In this document: positions 38,711 through 52,992 of the stretch, piece after piece
How positions within the stretch are numbered: the first letter of the stretch is position 1
Layout of the letters: every line of letters starts with the position of its first letter
Virus record (IMG/VR): IMGVR_UViG_3300027708_002017
From: an uncultured virus (IMG/VR IMGVR_UViG_3300027708_002017)
Lineage: Duplodnaviria; Heunggongvirae; Uroviricota; Caudoviricetes
DNA length: 64,000 nucleotides
Direction: 5' to 3' (one strand)
The notes under the pieces: model-generated
Databases searched by the model: none
What the model was told of the DNA's origin: nothing
The model's input: the letters and a program-made list of their open reading frames with translations, nothing else
Made by a program: the position numbers and the translations under genes

Positions 38711-41700
38711 TACATTCTCCCTACAGCCACTTGGATAACTCCGGCTTCACCGTAGTCTTTGTCTTCTAATGCTTTGCCAATCACAGCACCCAGTGTGGGA
38801 GTGCTTGCTCTCACAGCATAACCAGGTGTTGCGCTTGTGGTCAGCATGTCGCCTTTCTTGACACGACCCACTACCTTAACTGGCACACGGCCAGCCAGTG
38901 CAATACAAACTTTTATACCAGTTTGTTCACTGTTCATAATGTAAGCTGGATTGGTAGTTACCACACCAGCTGAACGTGTGTCGTTGATTTGACCAGTTGT
39001 GGTTACTTCCTTATCACCACCAAACACCAACACAGTACCAGCTTCGTATTCTTGGTCACCTTCATAGTATTCAGCCAAGTCAGCGTAAGTGGCTTGTAAT
39101 TTACTTGCACCAACCAAACTCCAGTTGCCTTGTATGGTACCGGCTGTCAAGTCACCGCCAGTGGTTAATGTCAATGATTTTAATGTAGCCAGGGTCACGT
39201 CCCATACACTCGAAGCCTGTACACTCCAATTACCAATAACCTGACCAGTTGCACTACTACCACCTGTTGTAAACAAGGTAGACTTTAGTGTGCCGCTACT
39301 GGTATCCAGTGTACCATAAGTTGCAATTACAGTATTACTTGCGTTACCACCAGTGGCAGTCATGTAGTCAAAATTACCAGGTGTTGTAAATGTCAGCGTA
39401 GTTGAATTTAAAGAAACGGCCTTGTAGCTACCAATCTTTACAAAACCCACGTCAATTTCTTTGTTAGGCCCGGTCCTTAACAAACTGTTGGTGCCATTAC
39501 CTCCAGCAGTTGTAGTTCCCACCACGCTGTAGGTATTGTTGGCAGTACTGATTCCGTCATACGTAACAGTCATTACTCCACTTGCGCTGAAATTGCTGTT
39601 AATAATACCACCAGCACTTGTAACAACTTGGCTTGGAGTTACTGTTGTTGGACTAGCAAAACTGCTACCCAAGTTACCTAAAATAGTACCATTACTGATA
39701 TGTTGAATCTTAACTAGAGGGATACCTGTAATGGCACTGGTACTAGTTAAATGCGTTATCCAACCATTGGTACTGGTAAACTGACTACTATCAAAACTAG
39801 CCAGGCCCAAATTGGCCTGTGCAATACCAGATGCAGTTGCTTGTGTAGCAGCCGCGTTCATGGACAATTTGCTTTGCGCAATGGCCGCACTTGCACTGAC
39901 CTGGCTGTTGACAATTACACCTGCGTTAATAGCATGTGTAATTACGCCAGTCACACTGTTGAATGATACTGCCACATCACCAGCGGTTGCTGTTGCATTT
40001 CTCCATTTGGTCAGTGTAGCATCATAAACTAACAATTGTGCATTGGACAAGGCTGATACCTGCACGTCAGTCAATGTTGACAATTTACTGACTAGTGATA
40101 GTCCTGAATCTACATATGATTTATTAGCACCGTCGGTTCCTAATTCTGGAGTTCCTACGTTTTTAATAGTGTAACCAGACATGTTAAGGCTACCTTTCAT
40201 GCCTAATCCACCACCAAGGCTTAGATAACCATATCCAATTATATTGGACAATGCCACTGGGCTTCCACCGTGATCCAATCCTAAACGTCTGTCAATGTAA
40301 CCACGAACAGCACTTTGTACACTTACTGTATCACTAGCGTTGTTGGTCATACCAGTGTCTGTTGAAAACTCACTAACAACAACACCACGTTTGAATCCTA
40401 GACCGTCCAAGTTACTTAGGGCAATACTTGCACTGAATGTAACTGATCCAGTTCCTTGGTCAACTGTAAAGAAACGTCCAACACGGAAGATACCGTTTTG
40501 GTCAGTACTCACATAGAACACACGACCTACGCCTTCTTCTACGATCTCTTGACTCTGCTGTGCGCTCTTAGCCGGGTTACCATAGATAACTGTTGGCCAG
40601 TTGGTAGTTGTGTAGCTACCAGTGCCAATGTATAAGAAATCATGTCCAGTAGCACGACATGTACTGATACGTGTGGTAATTTGTCCGCCTTCTGCTGCCG
40701 GATATCCTAAACGTAATGTACTTGCTGTGCCAGCACTAAACGGTTTTCCTAATCCTAATTGAGTACTACTACCTGTAGTATTTTCACTAGTTACTGAAGT
40801 AATAGCAGTAAATTGTCCAAGCACTGTTACCGCAGTATTAGTTGCATTGGCAAAACTAATTGTACTGCCAGCACCAATCATGGTAATCAAACTTGAAATA
40901 CTTCCAACAGTTTGACTATTGTTGATAGTGTATGTTCCAGCACCACCGTTTACACCTGATACAAATGCTGTAACATACGTACCAGAAGTTAAATTAGTGT
41001 TTGCACCAGTTATAATTTGTCCCAATACAACGGCGCCGGTAGTTAAGGCAGTTACAGTTAATGTTGTTCCACTAATATATCCTACAAATGTACTGCTAGT
41101 AGTTCCTACCGCAGTAATAGTAGCGTTACCATTATATCCACTAGGACTAAATCCACTAACTGTGATATTAGTACTAACTCCAGGACTATTACTTTGTGTG
41201 GCAAAACTTAGCGTAACCGTTGTTCCGTCACTGCTTAGATAAGTTGTTTTTATACCCCATGTTCCAGGATTATAAGGATAACTTAGGGTCATGCCAGTAA
41301 TAGGCCCTGCATTAACGTTTGCTGAAATACTAGAAGTTTGTAATCCTAATACTGGTGTTAGTGACGGGCTTGAGCTTACTGTTACACTCTTGTTACCGGT
41401 ATCAATACTAGATATGTAGTACATATTTCCACTAACAATATTACCTAACACTGTTCCACTGATAGCAGTCCAGCTGCCTGTAGATTGTGTAGTGCTAACT
41501 AATGGAGTAAGAGTGCTACTACTGCTGACTGTAATCTGTTTGTTTACGCTATCGATGGTTGTGATATAGTATGTACTACCAGAACTTATTCCACCAAAAC
41601 TTCCACCACCCGAGCCGCTCCATGCTCCTGCAGAATTGCTAACGGTCAAGGTGTTAACAAGTGCCGCGTCGGTTGCTACTGTTATTTGATTAGTACCACC

Positions 41701-44700
41701 ATTAATTGTTTTAATATAGTAGGTGCTTCCGCTAGCAACGCCGCCCAGTGATCCGCCGGCAATACTAGTCCATGAACCAGCGCCATTGGTTACACTTATA
41801 GCCCCAGTTCCAAAACTTGAACTTACTGTAATTTGATTGGTACTAATACTGGCAATATAATATGTACTACCCGAAGTAACTCCGCCAAATATGCTATTAG
41901 TTACACTGGTCCATCCACTTGTACCAGCTGTACCGTTACTAAATGTCACTGTAGGAGTCAACGTTGGACTTGTACTTAAAGTAACTTTCGGACTACTAAT
42001 AGTTACAACATAATATGTAGTGCCGCTAGTTAATCCACCAAGCACAGATCCAGCGATGCTTGTCCATCCGCTTGTACCACTATTAGTTTGTGTTAGTGTA
42101 GTTACAGGAGAAAGTGTCGGGCTTGTACTTAAGGTCACTTGGTTGCTGGCAATGCTGGCAATATAATAAGTAGTTCCAGAAATTACTCCGCCCATTTGGC
42201 CGCCTGCTGTTACATTCACAGGACCGCTGGCATTAGACAATGTAACGTTTGAGCCACCATATGAAGCACTCACAGCCAGTTGAGTGCCGTTGGCTAGTAG
42301 TTGTGTAATATAGTAATTGTTTGAACTTAGTAGTCCGCCAACGTTACTACTTACAGTAAACCATTCGCCGATGGCCATGCCGGCTGTGCTAGACACTGTG
42401 ATTAAATTATTTGCACCACTGATAGCTGTACTAGATTGTAGTGTGCTGGCGTTAACTGTAAAACTTGTGCCTGTAGTTGGAGTACCACTTGCACTAGCAC
42501 TTACTGTATATGAACCGATACCACCAGTGCCTGTTCCAAATGCAACAATGTATAAACCAGCAGTTACGCTTGTTCCAGTAATAAGCATACCTACACTTAG
42601 TGAGCCTGAACTAACGTTTGAGACGTTTAAGGTAGTTGTGGCAAATGTGCCAGTAAACAATGCCTGATTAGCGGCAGTAATATACACACCACTAGTGCTA
42701 GTTAAGGCACCACCAGTCAATACCATGCCTACCGCAAATGTACCTGTTACAGTACCAGTTGGAGTAAACACTGTGCCAGCTGACGGGACAGCCGCGCCGT
42801 TACCAATAATACCAGTTGTTGTGCTGGCAGTAGCAGTAAATGTTGTACTTAATGTTGTTGCTTGACTTGTTGCTGTGAATATAATACTCTGACCCACAGT
42901 TAAACCACTAGTGCTACTTAACGTAGCTAAATTTCCACTGGCACTGGTAGCAGTCAATGTAGCTGTATTAGTGGTTACTACTGTAGGAATAAAACTAGAG
43001 CCAACTGATAAACCTGCTGTGCCGCTTAGGGTAACTGAATTATCCGCACTTGCTGTAGATACAACAGTTGGTGTTTGTGTCACAGAAGTAAACACAATTG
43101 GCTGATTGACCACTAGCCCAGAAGTTGAACTTAGTGTTAACAGTCCCCCAGAATTAGTTGTAGCAGTTAATGTCGGAGTTTGTGTTACTTGAGTAAACAC
43201 AATTGGTTCACCTACTACTAAACCTGATACAGTGCTTAATGTTAATAAGTTTCCAGTAGCAGTGGTTGCTGTTAGTAAATCACTTTGCGTAACAGCAGTG
43301 AACACAATACTACGTCCGACAGTCAAGCCAGTAGTTGAACTTAATGTTAACAACCCCCCGCTGGCACTGGTAGCAGTTAATGTTGTGTTCTGAACATTAT
43401 TAGCAGTAAACTGAATTGGCATTCCAACAGTTAATCCTGAAACGCTAGCCAGTGTTGTTCCATTAGTAGTGCCGCTAGTTGCGCTAGCCGTAGTAGAATA
43501 AATTCCAGTAATTTGTGCGTAACCATTGTATAATGGATTGCTATTGTTGCTTACGCGGTAATATGTACCAGCCGCAGGAATATTTGTTAGTGTAAGATTT
43601 ACACTGGCCAGATACGGACCACTACCTGATAAACTATTAAATCCGCTAACTGCTGTAGTAGTACCGCCAGTAAAACTTCCAGGATCAGTGGGATACGCTA
43701 GTGTAACTTGTGTAGATATAATACCTGCATTAATAACGCTGTTAGTAGTAGGATTACTAGACAATACTGGGGTTAATTCACCGTTACCATAACTAAGTGT
43801 AATAGTTGGATTGCTAGTATAACCATATCCAGGACTTACCACAGTTACAGAAGCAATAGCACCGTTAGCAACAGTACATGTTGCAATAGCTTGATTAATT
43901 GCTCCGCCGCCTGTAATTGTAATAGTAGGAGCAACTCCGCTGCCATACGATGTTCCGCCACTGGTAATGCTGATTCCACTTAAGGTAGATACCAATGTAC
44001 TTGTTACAAACGATCCAGCTGGTAACCAGCATGCCGGGCTAACAATAAATGTGTTGGTATTAGAATTAATACTTTGTATAGTTGTACTTGGCTGGAAAAC
44101 AGCACCAGTGTTGAGAGAGAACGTTAATCCACCAGGAGTACCGCTGGTTACAGTAAGCGCACCGCCTTGAGCAGTTGTTAAAGTAAAACTGGTATTGTTA
44201 GAAGTTGCACTAACAGTATAAGTGTTACCTGAAATATAACTGGCCCATGTGATTCCAGTTAGAGTACCAGTAACAGTTATAGACATGCCTACCACTAATG
44301 CAGTCTGTGCAGACACTACCGACGAAGTACATGTGAATGCCCCACCGCCTGCACTTACAACATTGCTTAAAGTTAATGCAGTGCCAGTAACAACCATGCC
44401 TACGCTTAGACCTGTTACACTAGCAACACTAATTTGAGTTTGATTTTTAACCGTTAAAATTTGATATGTACCGTTGTAACTAGTATTGCTTTGTCCAGAC
44501 ACGGTCATATAACTGTCTACAACTGGTAATGTAGTTCTAAATGGTACATCAAAAGTTACCGCAGTATAAGTAGTACCCGTTGGTCCACTGGCCTTACTTA
44601 CATAGGTCATGGCATTCAACGCAGTACCATCGGCACTGTTGTTATAAACGCTGTTAGGATCTAGAGTTAAATAACCGTTGGCAGCAACACCAAATGTTAT

Positions 44701-47700
44701 AGTACCACTAGGAGTACCTGTTGCTGGCGCACTTAATACAACTGTTGCTGTAACTGAAGTGGTTCCTGAAAGTGTTACACTACTAACAGTTTGTGTTCCA
44801 TCAAATCCAGTTCCCGTTACAATTTGTCCGGCACTAATATTTCCACTAACATTGATAACAACTAATGTATACACATTGCCTACAGCGGTATAGGTTGGGG
44901 ATAAACCAGTAGCAATAAATGTTGGAGCAGTGTATCCAGTAATTCGATGTACTCGGCCGCCCCATCCTGTAATATAAATGCCTTTGTTAATTTGATCTAT
45001 AGTAGATTGCAAACTAATTTGTAACACTGCAATTTTATTGTCTCCAACTCGACTACCTTGAGTCTTAGTCGGATCTTGAGGATCGGCCTTTACAATATTA
45101 GTGCCGTCCGTTGTAAATTTATAATAATTGAAACTGGCATCAGCTTGTAAGATAGCAGTGTTTGCTGGCAATGGTTCGCCAGTTGAGTCTGTTAAATTAT
45201 AAGCAATAATACGATAAATGTCACCTAAGTTATCGTTATACTGAATAGCTGTACTTGGACGTGTTGGTTTAACATTACTAATATTGTAAAATTTAATATT
45301 TTGATTAACACGAATAATTACTTGCTGACCATCATACAATGGATATGCTAGTCCAGTAGTAACTGTACTGTTTGTACCAGCTGTACTTAAATTAACTTGT
45401 AAAACATTTTGTCCATTGATTGTAACCACAGTGTGAGTGATGGTACTAACTAGATAACGAGTAACTATACCACCGCTTGCGGTATGATCAATTTCTACTT
45501 CAGCGTTGTTTGGAGGAATATATTCCCAGCTGGTGATATAGATAGCTAATGCTTGTGTAGTAGCAGTTGGTGTCATCAAGCTGGCAAACAAACCTTGTTT
45601 GTATACTCGAGCCACCTGCACCATGTCGTAGGCTAAATTTACCGCATTAGGCAATTCAGTCACATCATATCCGCTAGCTCTTAAACCATAATCACCGTGT
45701 GCATTGGATCCGCCAATACTACGAATTTGTCCGCCGTTATTGGCCCAGTAGTGTGTGGTACAATAGTAACTGAATGTACTAACTTGTTCACTGAGTCCGC
45801 CATTAGTAACAAGAATAGCATAGCCCAAGTCGTTAATCATAGCAAAGTCGTTGGCCAACATACTACGATTACCACCCATTTCTATGTTAATGGAAATACC
45901 AGCACCTGCAACTAGGTATGCAACTGCTGAACTTTGAATAGTAGTCTTGTTATTTTGAATAATACTTCTATCATTCTTAACTAGGTTATAACTGGCATTG
46001 CTTGGCAATGTTGGATCAGTTCTAGTTGTTCCACTTGCTACTCCGTTAAAAGCACCGTCTGCTACATAGTCCACTAACACATTGTTTAGTGTAACTAAGT
46101 TTGCGGCTTCTGTACTTGTAGCTGGCGACAAGTTTGTAACCTGAGTTAGCAAATTACCAGCACTGACTGTAACTGCGGTATTCTGCACCACTTGAGATAC
46201 CAGTGTTCCTAATCTATTCAAAGCCGCGGTATAATATGTTTCCTGACCTAAAATTTGACTTGTGCTGTTAACCCAGTATAACTGAGCGGCATCATATACT
46301 GCACTATTGCCGCCGTATAATGTATCGTAAGTTAACGCATCAACAAAATATCCAAAATTTCTACTAAATGTAACAGCATTATAGTTGAAAATAGCTCGGG
46401 TACTGAAGTTGTTGGACAACCATGCTACAATTTCTGATCTTATAAATTCTTTATTAGCAATCAAAATTGCCACAGCGTTACTAATGTTTGTACTAGTTCC
46501 TGTAGGAATTGGGAATGTTAATGCAGGAACAGCTTGCAATCCATTAATAATAATATTGTTTATGGTTAACGCATTGGCAGAGATGCTTGCTTTTGAACTT
46601 GCTGCCACTACTGCTGTAACTGTACCAAGTGCAGTTTGTGTGTATGTGCCAGTTAAGGCAAATTGTACACTAGTAGTGCTACAATTAGTTACAACAAATG
46701 TGCCGTTAAAATTGGTTGGGGTAAATCCAGCAACACGAATACTAGTTCCTACAGCAAATGGTGCAGACACTTGTGAAGCAAATGTTATAGTTGCGGTGCC
46801 GCCTGAGCTAGTTGCGTTAGTACCTGTTAAGCTAGTACTGGTTGTGGCATTCATCAATTCTGAAGTTTTAGTTATACCAGATTGCAAAAATAATTGTTGT
46901 ATACCTGCAACTTGATTAGCGGCTTGTAGATAATACAAACCTGCACTAATGGTCTTATAATTAGAACCAAATACTAAATCATAACTTAATGCATCAATCT
47001 TGTTGGCCATGTCCCCGGAAAAACTTGGGATAGTGCCATTGGCAATTGTATTATAGAATGTCGCAGTATTGAACGGTGTGCTAACATCTAATGTTAGTAC
47101 CACAGTACCGCTAGTTACAACACCGCTGCCGTTAGTATTTTGTGTATAACTAACAATATCGTTTACTTGATAGCGATTACCCTTTACATAGTATACGCAC
47201 GGTACTTGCGGTGCTCGAACATCTAATCCGCTATTAATGCCGCCAGTAACAGTTACAGTAATTCCACTGTTAGCAACCGCCGTAATATTACCAAACAGTC
47301 TTCCTGCAAATCCGTCAACAAATTGTCCACCGGCAAATCTTTTAGCATTTGTACTTTGTGTAAAACTTGAACATACTTGACCGTAAGGAGATTTAGTCTT
47401 AACCTGACCTTCTGGATCTAACACCATGGCAAATCCACCATGGCCTTGGAATGTTATATTACTAACTCGAGTTGCATCATTACACAACAAAACGTCGATT
47501 TGTTTGTTGTTTAACGCAACACTATTGATATCTAATGGATCACTCAAATAGTGACGACCATAATCGTATGTGCCATACAAGTGCCAAGCACCAGATGCAT
47601 ACGTTGTTTTGGCAGCAAATTGATTTATAACAGTACAGTTTATGGTATTACCACTGATGCTGGTAATAACAGCTTTTGCACCTGCATTATCAACTAGTAC

Positions 47701-50700
47701 TTTGCCAATCCAACTTTGTTGAGCTTGACCTGTGCCTAACGTGGCAACAATACTGTTGTTGGTCCCGCTGATAGCTAACGTAGAACTACTTGCAAAATCA
47801 GTAGTGTAATCAATAAGCCCAATTAAAATAGCATCAATAATACTATCTCTAAAGAAGAATACTTTACGCCACGGACTTACACTAATTCTATTAAGCGGAC
47901 GTATAATTGTTCTACGGAATTCGTCACCTTTGATACTACAGTTAGCTGGTAAACGGATCGGATAATCTTCGTAATATACTCCAGTTTCCACAAAAATTGT
48001 TATGTTGAGATCTTTAACAGTCTCGCCAAAATCTAATTCTTCTCCAACAGTAAAAAATCCTGGTCGAGTTAATCGAACTTGGATAGTATCTTGACTTGGC
48101 AAATTATTTGGTAGGTACTTGACAATCACACCGCCGGCACCACTTTCAGCACCAAGTAAAATTTTGGCAGGAATTATGTGAACACTGCCGGGAGTACCTT
48201 GATCAACATAGCCATTGCCGCCGTTGTCAAAGTTAATATTGTATATGCCAGTGCCAAAGGTAGCAGTAGGTACTGCTCCCAAGCCGTTGGTAATAATACT
48301 TAATACTGTGGTCATGTTGCCAGTGAATGTGCTTATTGCGCCTGCACTTGGCACTACAAGTTTAATTTGTCCCAATACACTGGCAGAACCAGCGGTGCCT
48401 GCAAGAGTAACAGTAACAGAATCAGTAGCACAAGCGGCCACTGTAAACAATCCGTTAAACCTACTAGGAGTAAAACCTGTCAAATATATAAGAGATCCAA
48501 CAGCGTACGGAGCACTACTCAGTGATGCAAATGTTACCGTGAGTTGTGTACTAGTTGCAATAGCAGAGTAGGTGACTGCTATAGCCGAACCAGCACTGAA
48601 TTTTTGAGTATATAAATTTTGGAAACGAGTTTGTGTAGTTTGATTAAGAACTTGAATACCCAATGACTTGGCAAAGGCAATGCCATCGGTAGTTTCTGTC
48701 AATTGAGTTCCGATAGCTACTGATTTTGCTGATGCATTTCTGTAGTAGCTCTTACCTGCATTAACTGTTTGATAGTTGCCACCAGTAAGAATGTCAATGG
48801 CCATGGCATCAATAATATAACCTATGTCGCGGAAACATGTGGTTTCGTTGTAAATGAATCCGCCTTTATAGGTAGAAGATAGATATGTGTTTACTTGATT
48901 AACAATTGATGTTTTGTTGGCAACTAAAATACCACGTGCTGATAAATTATCAGTATCGTATCCAACTAAACTTGGCAAGTTAGGAACAAAAGCAGTGTTA
49001 CTACCAATGTATGCTACTATACTATTAAACAAATTATTAATGAAAGGTGACGCGGCACTACCGTCCACCCATACGTTATTTTTTACTTGACTAGTGCTTG
49101 AGTAAGTTGGGCTAACAGTAATGTTACTACATACGTTTGGTATGATTGTTTGTAAATGAGTTATGGCCGCAACTTGTATAGCTAGTTCTGTACTATTAAA
49201 TACACTAACACCATTGGTTCTGTATTGATAAGCCGCATACGAACTAGCCAAATTTCCGCCATAAGTGATATCGTAACTAACTGCCTCAACCAAATATTGC
49301 AAGTGACGTTTGAAATATGCAACTCCGTCGGCTGGCACAAAAGACGGATACTGTGATATAGTCCATGCATAGGTTTCTTCTGATAAGAAAGTTAAATTCG
49401 CTAAGGCTGCCGATCTTGCATGAGTAGTTGTTCCTGCTAACCCTGATGGACTATTATATATTGGAGTAGTTCTAGTAGAAATTCCGTTAGATAATACATC
49501 AGTTATTAAAGTAAACAAATTATTAATTGTTGTATTAACTGTGTCATTATTAATAATTGAGAACGACCCGTTTGTATTAATGTAAGTAGTGGCGCCTGCT
49601 GACAAATTAGCTTTTGCTGAAGGAGAAACAAATGCCGCTCTTGCAGTGTACAACGTTCCTGAGCTAGGAACTGTTGGCAATGTTATACTTGGTGTAGGAA
49701 CACTTGAGCTGGCTACAATGCCAGCAATTGTTGCAATATTAGTACTGATACTAGAAGAAACGGTGCTGCCACCTGTTAGTGTAGTGTTAGTATATTGTAA
49801 GAAACTTGTTTGATATAAAATAGTAGGAGCAGTACTGGTAATAACTGCTTGAGCTAACGTATTAATATAATTAATTGCCGCCACAGTTGCAGTTTTTTCG
49901 CTGCCAGCTATTTGTAAAGTACTGTTTCTCCAATACTGTAATCCAGCATAAACACTTTGACTATTACCTCCGTACATGAAATCATAAATCAAACTCCAAA
50001 CAATATATTTTACATCTCGTTGGCACGTAGTTGTGCTGTAAATTAAATCTGGATAATTGGATTTCAAATAAGCAATAATCTCTGCTTGAATAAATGTTAC
50101 GTTGTTTAGTAGCAGATTCTTAGCATTGTTTTTACCAGTGCTGGTAGTACTGAGATTTGGAAAATTTACATTTGGTATAACACCAGTAATGATAATATTA
50201 TCTATTACTGTTACGCTGGCCTGTAATGTACTAATAACAGTGCTTGATCCGGATACTCCAGTAAGTTGGCTAATGGTGTTGACCATATCACCTAATGCGG
50301 CAACAATCTCTGCATTAGTCAACCCGGTATTATATGATGGGAATGCCAATGCAACTTGTATACTTTGATAATTTCCACCAAATACTAGATCGTATCCTAA
50401 CGCATCTAGTACTGCGCTAATATAGTTTTGAGCACTGACTACGTTATAACTATAAGTTGAAATAATTTTGTTGGCATACTTAACGCCATCGATCAACTGT
50501 GTTAATTGATTAGTGATAATGTTGCTGTTAACCGTGTTAAACAAAGTTGCGGCCACACTGGAACTATTGTGGGTGGTATTAAATACCAAATCATATCCAA
50601 CACCGTCTATAATACTGCCTATAATACTTGAATATGCAACAGCATCCAAGGTAAATGTATTAACATATTTTTTATTTAGATATGCAATAGTTTCATTCTG

Positions 50701-51780
50701 TATGAAGGTCTTGTTAGATGATAACAAATCCGCCGCATCCTGATAACCCAACACACCGCTATTTCCGCCAGTTAATTCAATACTTTGAATTTTGCTAAAT
50801 TGCTGTGTTTGATCGCCTGAGTTATTAGTCCATGCAATACGTTGTTTGTAAGGGCCAGGCTCTATTCCAGCTAAGTCAATTAGATTGCTAGCTTGTAGGG
50901 CCGCGGCTCCAACTGTTTTGTAAGCATACTGCCAGTAACGTCCTTGTTTGCCTGCTGGAGTTTTTGTTTGTGCATCATCACCGCTAGTAGTACTAACAAA
51001 CAAGTTAACATTACTGCTATAACTATTGTTATCTACATAGTATTTTGTAGCGGCTTGTAAATCATTAACGCCATTAGGAGTACCCGCACCAGCCAATGGC
51101 GCGGGATGATCATTAAGTGTTAGTGCCCCAGTCATGGTATCACCGCCTCGGTACACTACATCCTTACGTTGCATAACTTCGGTGCTTACATAATTACTAG
51201 ATAATGTTGCATCGTAATCGGGATCGCTAGTTTGTGGAACACTTGGCTGAGCTCTCGATTTAAATGCGTCCGATACAATTCCGTTAAGGGCTTTCACATA
51301 ATGACTATCAGCGTAGCCTTTAGTAACGGGCAGTTGTGCTAGTGTTGTTTGAACACCTAAACTAGCAAATGCGGCATTAAATTGACTAACCAAAGTAGGG
51401 CTAGGATCGCTCAATCGACCAATAGTGAATAAGTTGGCGTTTAAACTTTGTCCCAAACTAGGAGTTTGTTGATTAACTAATAAGCTAGCAGTCGCGCCAA
51501 TAGTAACAGAGCTATTGTTACTAGTATCAATAGTAATACCTGACCCGGGTATTAGTGTTCTTGCAGTAAGTAAGGTACCAGTGCCATTTGACATAATGAC
51601 TTGACTGCTACCATAGCTGTTAGGAGCATCGCTTAAACTGGTAAATTTAATTGTACCATCAGCTCCAAAGATAGCATATAGTTCTGTAAAGTTACTATTA
51701 ACTTTTCTAAATGATTCGCGAATACTATCGCCTGTACCGTCGTTACCTTGTACGCCAATATCAACTATTAATCGTGCCAT
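38710..51780 (-). CDS. giant (4356 aa) tail fibre/adhesin
   Basis: [20 protein letters not shown]-terminus, [11 protein letters not shown]-rich repeats, C-terminal ADLAEYY domain. Confidence 0.85.
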   Translation of the reverse strand: MARLIVDIGVQGNDGTGDSIRESFRKVNSNFTELYAIFGADGTIKFTSLSDAPNSYGSSQVIMSNGTGTLLTARTLIPGSGITIDTSNNSSVTIGATASLLVNQQTPSLGQSLNANLFTIGRLSDPSPTLVSQFNAAFASLGVQTTLAQLPVTKGYADSHYVKALNGIVSDAFKSRAQPSVPQTSDPDYDATLSSNYVSTEVMQRKDVVYRGGDTMTGALTLNDHPAPLAGAGTPNGVNDLQAATKYYVDNNSYSSNVNLFVSTTSGDDAQTKTPAGKQGRYWQYAYKTVGAAALQASNLIDLAGIEPGPYKQRIAWTNNSGDQTQQFSKIQSIELTGGNSGVLGYQDAADLLSSNKTFIQNETIAYLNKKYVNTFTLDAVAYSSIIGSIIDGVGYDLVFNTTHNSSSVAATLFNTVNSNIITNQLTQLIDGVKYANKIISTYSYNVVSAQNYISAVLDALGYDLVFGGNYQSIQVALAFPSYNTGLTNAEIVAALGDMVNTISQLTGVSGSSTVISTLQASVTVIDNIIITGVIPNVNFPNLSTTSTGKNNAKNLLLNNVTFIQAEIIAYLKSNYPDLIYSTTTCQRDVKYIVWSLIYDFMYGGNSQSVYAGLQYWRNSTLQIAGSEKTATVAAINYINTLAQAVITSTAPTILYQTSFLQYTNTTLTGGSTVSSSISTNIATIAGIVASSSVPTPSITLPTVPSSGTLYTARAAFVSPSAKANLSAGATTYINTNGSFSIINNDTVNTTINNLFTLITDVLSNGISTRTTPIYNSPSGLAGTTTHARSAALANLTFLSEETYAWTISQYPSFVPADGVAYFKRHLQYLVEAVSYDITYGGNLASSYAAYQYRTNGVSVFNSTELAIQVAAITHLQTIIPNVCSNITVSPTYSSTSQVKNNVWVDGSAASPFINNLFNSIVAYIGSNTAFVPNLPSLVGYDTDNLSARGILVANKTSIVNQVNTYLSSTYKGGFIYNETTCFRDIGYIIDAMAIDILTGGNYQTVNAGKSYYRNASAKSVAIGTQLTETTDGIAFAKSLGIQVLNQTTQTRFQNLYTQKFSAGSAIAVTYSAIATSTQLTVTFASLSSAPYAVGSLIYLTGFTPSRFNGLFTVAACATDSVTVTLAGTAGSASVLGQIKLVVPSAGAISTFTGNMTTVLSIITNGLGAVPTATFGTGIYNINFDNGGNGYVDQGTPGSVHIIPAKILLGAESGAGGVIVKYLPNNLPSQDTIQVRLTRPGFFTVGEELDFGETVKDLNITIFVETGVYYEDYPIRLPANCSIKGDEFRRTIIRPLNRISVSPWRKVFFFRDSIIDAILIGLIDYTTDFASSSTLAISGTNNSIVATLGTGQAQQSWIGKVLVDNAGAKAVITSISGNTINCTVINQFAAKTTYASGAWHLYGTYDYGRHYLSDPLDINSVALNNKQIDVLLCNDATRVSNITFQGHGGFAMVLDPEGQVKTKSPYGQVCSSFTQSTNAKRFAGGQFVDGFAGRLFGNITAVANSGITVTVTGGINSGLDVRAPQVPCVYYVKGNRYQVNDIVSYTQNTNGSGVVTSGTVVLTLDVSTPFNTATFYNTIANGTIPSFSGDMANKIDALSYDLVFGSNYKTISAGLYYLQAANQVAGIQQLFLQSGITKTSELMNATTSTSLTGTNATSSGGTATITFASQVSAPFAVGTSIRVAGFTPTNFNGTFVVTNCSTTSVQFALTGTYTQTALGTVTAVVAASSKASISANALTINNIIINGLQAVPALTFPIPTGTSTNISNAVAILIANKEFIRSEIVAWLSNNFSTRAIFNYNAVTFSRNFGYFVDALTYDTLYGGNSAVYDAAQLYWVNSTSQILGQETYYTAALNRLGTLVSQVVQNTAVTVSAGNLLTQVTNLSPATSTEAANLVTLNNVLVDYVADGAFNGVASGTTRTDPTLPSNASYNLVKNDRSIIQNNKTTIQSSAVAYLVAGAGISINIEMGGNRSMLANDFAMINDLGYAILVTNGGLSEQVSTFSYYCTTHYWANNGGQIRSIGGSNAHGDYGLRASGYDVTELPNAVNLAYDMVQVARVYKQGLFASLMTPTATTQALAIYITSWEYIPPNNAEVEIDHTASGGIVTRYLVSTITHTVVTINGQNVLQVNLSTAGTNSTVTTGLAYPLYDGQQVIIRVNQNIKFYNISNVKPTRPSTAIQYNDNLGDIYRIIAYNLTDSTGEPLPANTAILQADASFNYYKFTTDGTNIVKADPQDPTKTQGSRVGDNKIAVLQISLQSTIDQINKGIYITGWGGRVHRITGYTAPTFIATGLSPTYTAVGNVYTLVVINVSGNISAGQIVTGTGFDGTQTVSSVTLSGTTSVTATVVLSAPATGTPSGTITFGVAANGYLTLDPNSVYNNSADGTALNAMTYVSKASGPTGTTYTAVTFDVPFRTTLPVVDSYMTVSGQSNTSYNGTYQILTVKNQTQISVASVTGLSVGMVVTGTALTLSNVVSAGGGAFTCTSSVVSAQTALVVGMSITVTGTLTGITWASYISGNTYTVSATSNNTSFTLTTAQGGALTVTSGTPGGLTFSLNTGAVFQPSTTIQSINSNTNTFIVSPACWLPAGSFVTSTLVSTLSGISITSGGTSYGSGVAPTITITGGGAINQAIATCTVANGAIASVTVVSPGYGYTSNPTITLSYGNGELTPVLSSNPTTNSVINAGIISTQVTLAYPTDPGSFTGGTTTAVSGFNSLSGSGPYLASVNLTLTNIPAAGTYYRVSNNSNPLYNGYAQITGIYSTTASATSGTTNGTTLASVSGLTVGMPIQFTANNVQNTTLTATSASGGLLTLSSTTGLTVGRSIVFTAVTQSDLLTATTATGNLLTLSTVSGLVVGEPIVFTQVTQTPTLTATTNSGGLLTLSSTSGLVVNQPIVFTSVTQTPTVVSTASADNSVTLSGTAGLSVGSSFIPTVVTTNTATLTATSASGNLATLSSTSGLTVGQSIIFTATSQATTLSTTFTATASTTTGIIGNGAAVPSAGTVFTPTGTVTGTFAVGMVLTGGALTSTSGVYITAANQALFTGTFATTTLNVSNVSSGSLSVGMLITGTSVTAGLYIVAFGTGTGGIGSYTVSASASGTPTTGTSFTVNASTLQSSTAISGANNLITVSSTAGMAIGEWFTVSSNVGGLLSSNNYYITQLLANGTQLAVSASYGGSNVTLSNASGPVNVTAGGQMGGVISGTTYYIASIASNQVTLSTSPTLSPVTTLTQTNSGTSGWTSIAGSVLGGLTSGTTYYVVTISSPKVTLSTSPTLTPTVTFSNGTAGTSGWTSVTNSIFGGVTSGSTYYIASISTNQITVSSSFGTGAISVTNGAGSWTSIAGGSLGGVASGSTYYIKTINGGTNQITVATDAALVNTLTVSNSAGAWSGSGGGSFGGISSGSTYYITTIDSVNKQITVSSSSTLTPLVSTTQSTGSWTAISGTVLGNIVSGNMYYISSIDTGNKSVTVSSSPSLTPVLGLQTSSISANVNAGPITGMTLSYPYNPGTWGIKTTYLSSDGTTVTLSFATQSNSPGVSTNITVSGFSPSGYNGNATITAVGTTSSTFVGYISGTTLTVTALTTGAVVLGQIITGANTNLTSGTYVTAFVSGVNGGAGTYTINNSQTVGSISSLITMIGAGSTISFANATNTAVTVLGQFTAITSVTSENTTGSSTQLGLGKPFSAGTASTLRLGYPAAEGGQITTRISTCRATGHDFLYIGTGSYTTTNWPTVIYGNPAKSAQQSQEIVEEGVGRVFYVSTDQNGIFRVGRFFTVDQGTGSVTFSASIALSNLDGLGFKRGVVVSEFSTDTGMTNNASDTVSVQSAVRGYIDRRLGLDHGGSPVALSNIIGYGYLSLGGGLGMKGSLNMSGYTIKNVGTPELGTDGANKSYVDSGLSLVSKLSTLTDVQVSALSNAQLLVYDATLTKWRNATATAGDVAVSFNSVTGVITHAINAGVIVNSQVSASAAIAQSKLSMNAAATQATASGIAQANLGLASFDSSQFTSTNGWITHLTSTSAITGIPLVKIQHISNGTILGNLGSSFASPTTVTPSQVVTSAGGIINSNFSASGVMTVTYDGISTANNTYSVVGTTTAGGNGTNSLLRTGPNKEIDVGFVKIGSYKAVSLNSTTLTFTTPGNFDYMTATGGNASNTVIATYGTLDTSSGTLKSTLFTTGGSSATGQVIGNWSVQASSVWDVTLATLKSLTLTTGGDLTAGTIQGNWSLVGASKLQATYADLAEYYEGDQEYEAGTVLVFGGDKEVTTTGQINDTRSAGVVTTNPAYIMNSEQTGIKVCIALAGRVPVKVVGRVKKGDMLTTSATPGYAVRASTPTLGAVIGKALEDKDYGEAGVIQVAVGRM

Positions 51781-51783
51781 TAT

Positions 51784-52107
51784 TTAAACTCCAAAACTTG
51801 AACCGCATCCGCAAGTAGTAGTTGCGTTGGGATTCTTTATGCTGAATGAACTACCTTGCAGATCTTCTTTATAATCTATTTCTGCACCTGAGAGATACTG
51901 CATACTCATGCTGTCTATCAGTACTTTAAATTCGTCTAGTGGGACTTCAAAATCGTCTTCGTTGGTTACATCATCAAATGTGAAACCATAGCTAAAGCCG
52001 CTACAGCCGCCGCCTTGCACAAATGTACGTAATGATAGTTTGGGATTGTTTTCTTCAAGGAGAAGGTCCTTGATTTTTACTTTTGCTGACTCGGAAATTG
52101 TGATCAT
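51784..52107 (-). CDS. A-type Fe-S carrier (ErpA/IscA)
   Basis: [23 protein letters not shown]; start MITIS at 52107. Confidence 0.93.
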   Translation of the reverse strand: MITISESAKVKIKDLLLEENNPKLSLRTFVQGGGCSGFSYGFTFDDVTNEDDFEVPLDEFKVLIDSMSMQYLSGAEIDYKEDLQGSSFSIKNPNATTTCGCGSSFGV

Positions 52108-52166
52108 GATTGCCCTCGATATGATATTTATCAAATGCTTTTTATAACCTTAATGTAAATACAATC

Positions 52167-52454
52167 ATGTACTTAACTATAGAATCACAACAAACCCAAT
52201 ATATGCGCACCAGCAAGCGCGGCAAACACCACACCTACATGCGTAAAAAAGCAGTATTGGTTTTTAAATGCGATTGCTGTTCTGGGATATTTAAACGTGA
52301 TAAAGGCAACATGGATCCAAAACGTCTAAACAACAATTACTATCACGTGTGTGGTAATTGTGACGCTAAGAAGTTTGCCCAGGAAAAAGGTGTGGAAGCA
52401 AGACGTGTATGGGACATGCCCGTAAGTAGTCTTAAGACGCTAGACCAATTCTAG
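52167..52454 (+). CDS. zinc-ribbon protein
   Basis: CDCC...CGNC, basic. Confidence 0.7.
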   Translation: MYLTIESQQTQYMRTSKRGKHHTYMRKKAVLVFKCDCCSGIFKRDKGNMDPKRLNNNYYHVCGNCDAKKFAQEKGVEARRVWDMPVSSLKTLDQF

Positions 52455-52992
52455 AACTAATCACGTTCCAGTTGATAATTTTCCATTGGTTAGCTAAGTA
52501 GCCTTTCTTATCCGATTGGTAATCCAGTGCCCACGCATGTTCCCACCAATCAATTATGAATACAATATCCATTTTAATTTCGTGATTTTTAATAGTTTTA
52601 ATACTACCATCACGAGCCAGATACACCCAACCACTGCCCTGTATTGCCATTGCTTCTTTTTGAAACTTGTCTTTAAAGTTGTCAAAAGTTTTAAAATGTT
52701 TAGTAATAAACTCGCCTGCACTACCGTCTGGAGTGTTAGATGTTGTGGGTGCTTGAAACTGAGTAAAATACAAATCGTGTAAGAAGGCGCCTGCTTCATT
52801 AAAATCGGCATCGCCTTCACCGTCGTTGAACCTGTCTACATAGGCTTTGTACAATTTCCCATAGTGATAACGTATAGTATCTTCACTAATAGCCGGATCT
52901 AGATCGTCCTTAGCATAGGGCAACTTAGTTTGAACTAGCGTCTTAGGGCTCTTGCCTTCATTTAGGCTAACATAACGAATAAAGTTGTACAT
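52432..52992 (-). CDS. sod: Fe/Mn superoxide dismutase
   Basis: LPYA, YHYGK, LH, GSGWVYL, DWWEHA; metal ligands retained. Confidence 0.9.
   Translation of the reverse strand: MYNFIRYVSLNEGKSPKTLVQTKLPYAKDDLDPAISEDTIRYHYGKLYKAYVDRFNDGEGDADFNEAGAFLHDLYFTQFQAPTTSNTPDGSAGEFITKHFKTFDNFKDKFQKEAMAIQGSGWVYLARDGSIKTIKNHEIKMDIVFIIDWWEHAWALDYQSDKKGYLANQWKIINWNVISSRIGLAS

Noticed and set aside
41305..43495. Diversity-generating retroelement or DNA-level tandem repeat
   Set aside because: Repeats are diverged at the nucleotide level; no near-identical TR/VR pair and no reverse transcriptase in the window.
36982..50743. Many plus-strand ORFs of 60-180 aa rich in V/P/L/A
   Set aside because: Antisense shadows of G/T/S-rich structural genes; no SD, promoter or motif.
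51781..51786. TAAATA directly before the giant fibre start
   Set aside because: It abuts the ATG and overlaps the upstream stop, leaving no room for a TSS; the hexamer is common in AT-rich DNA.
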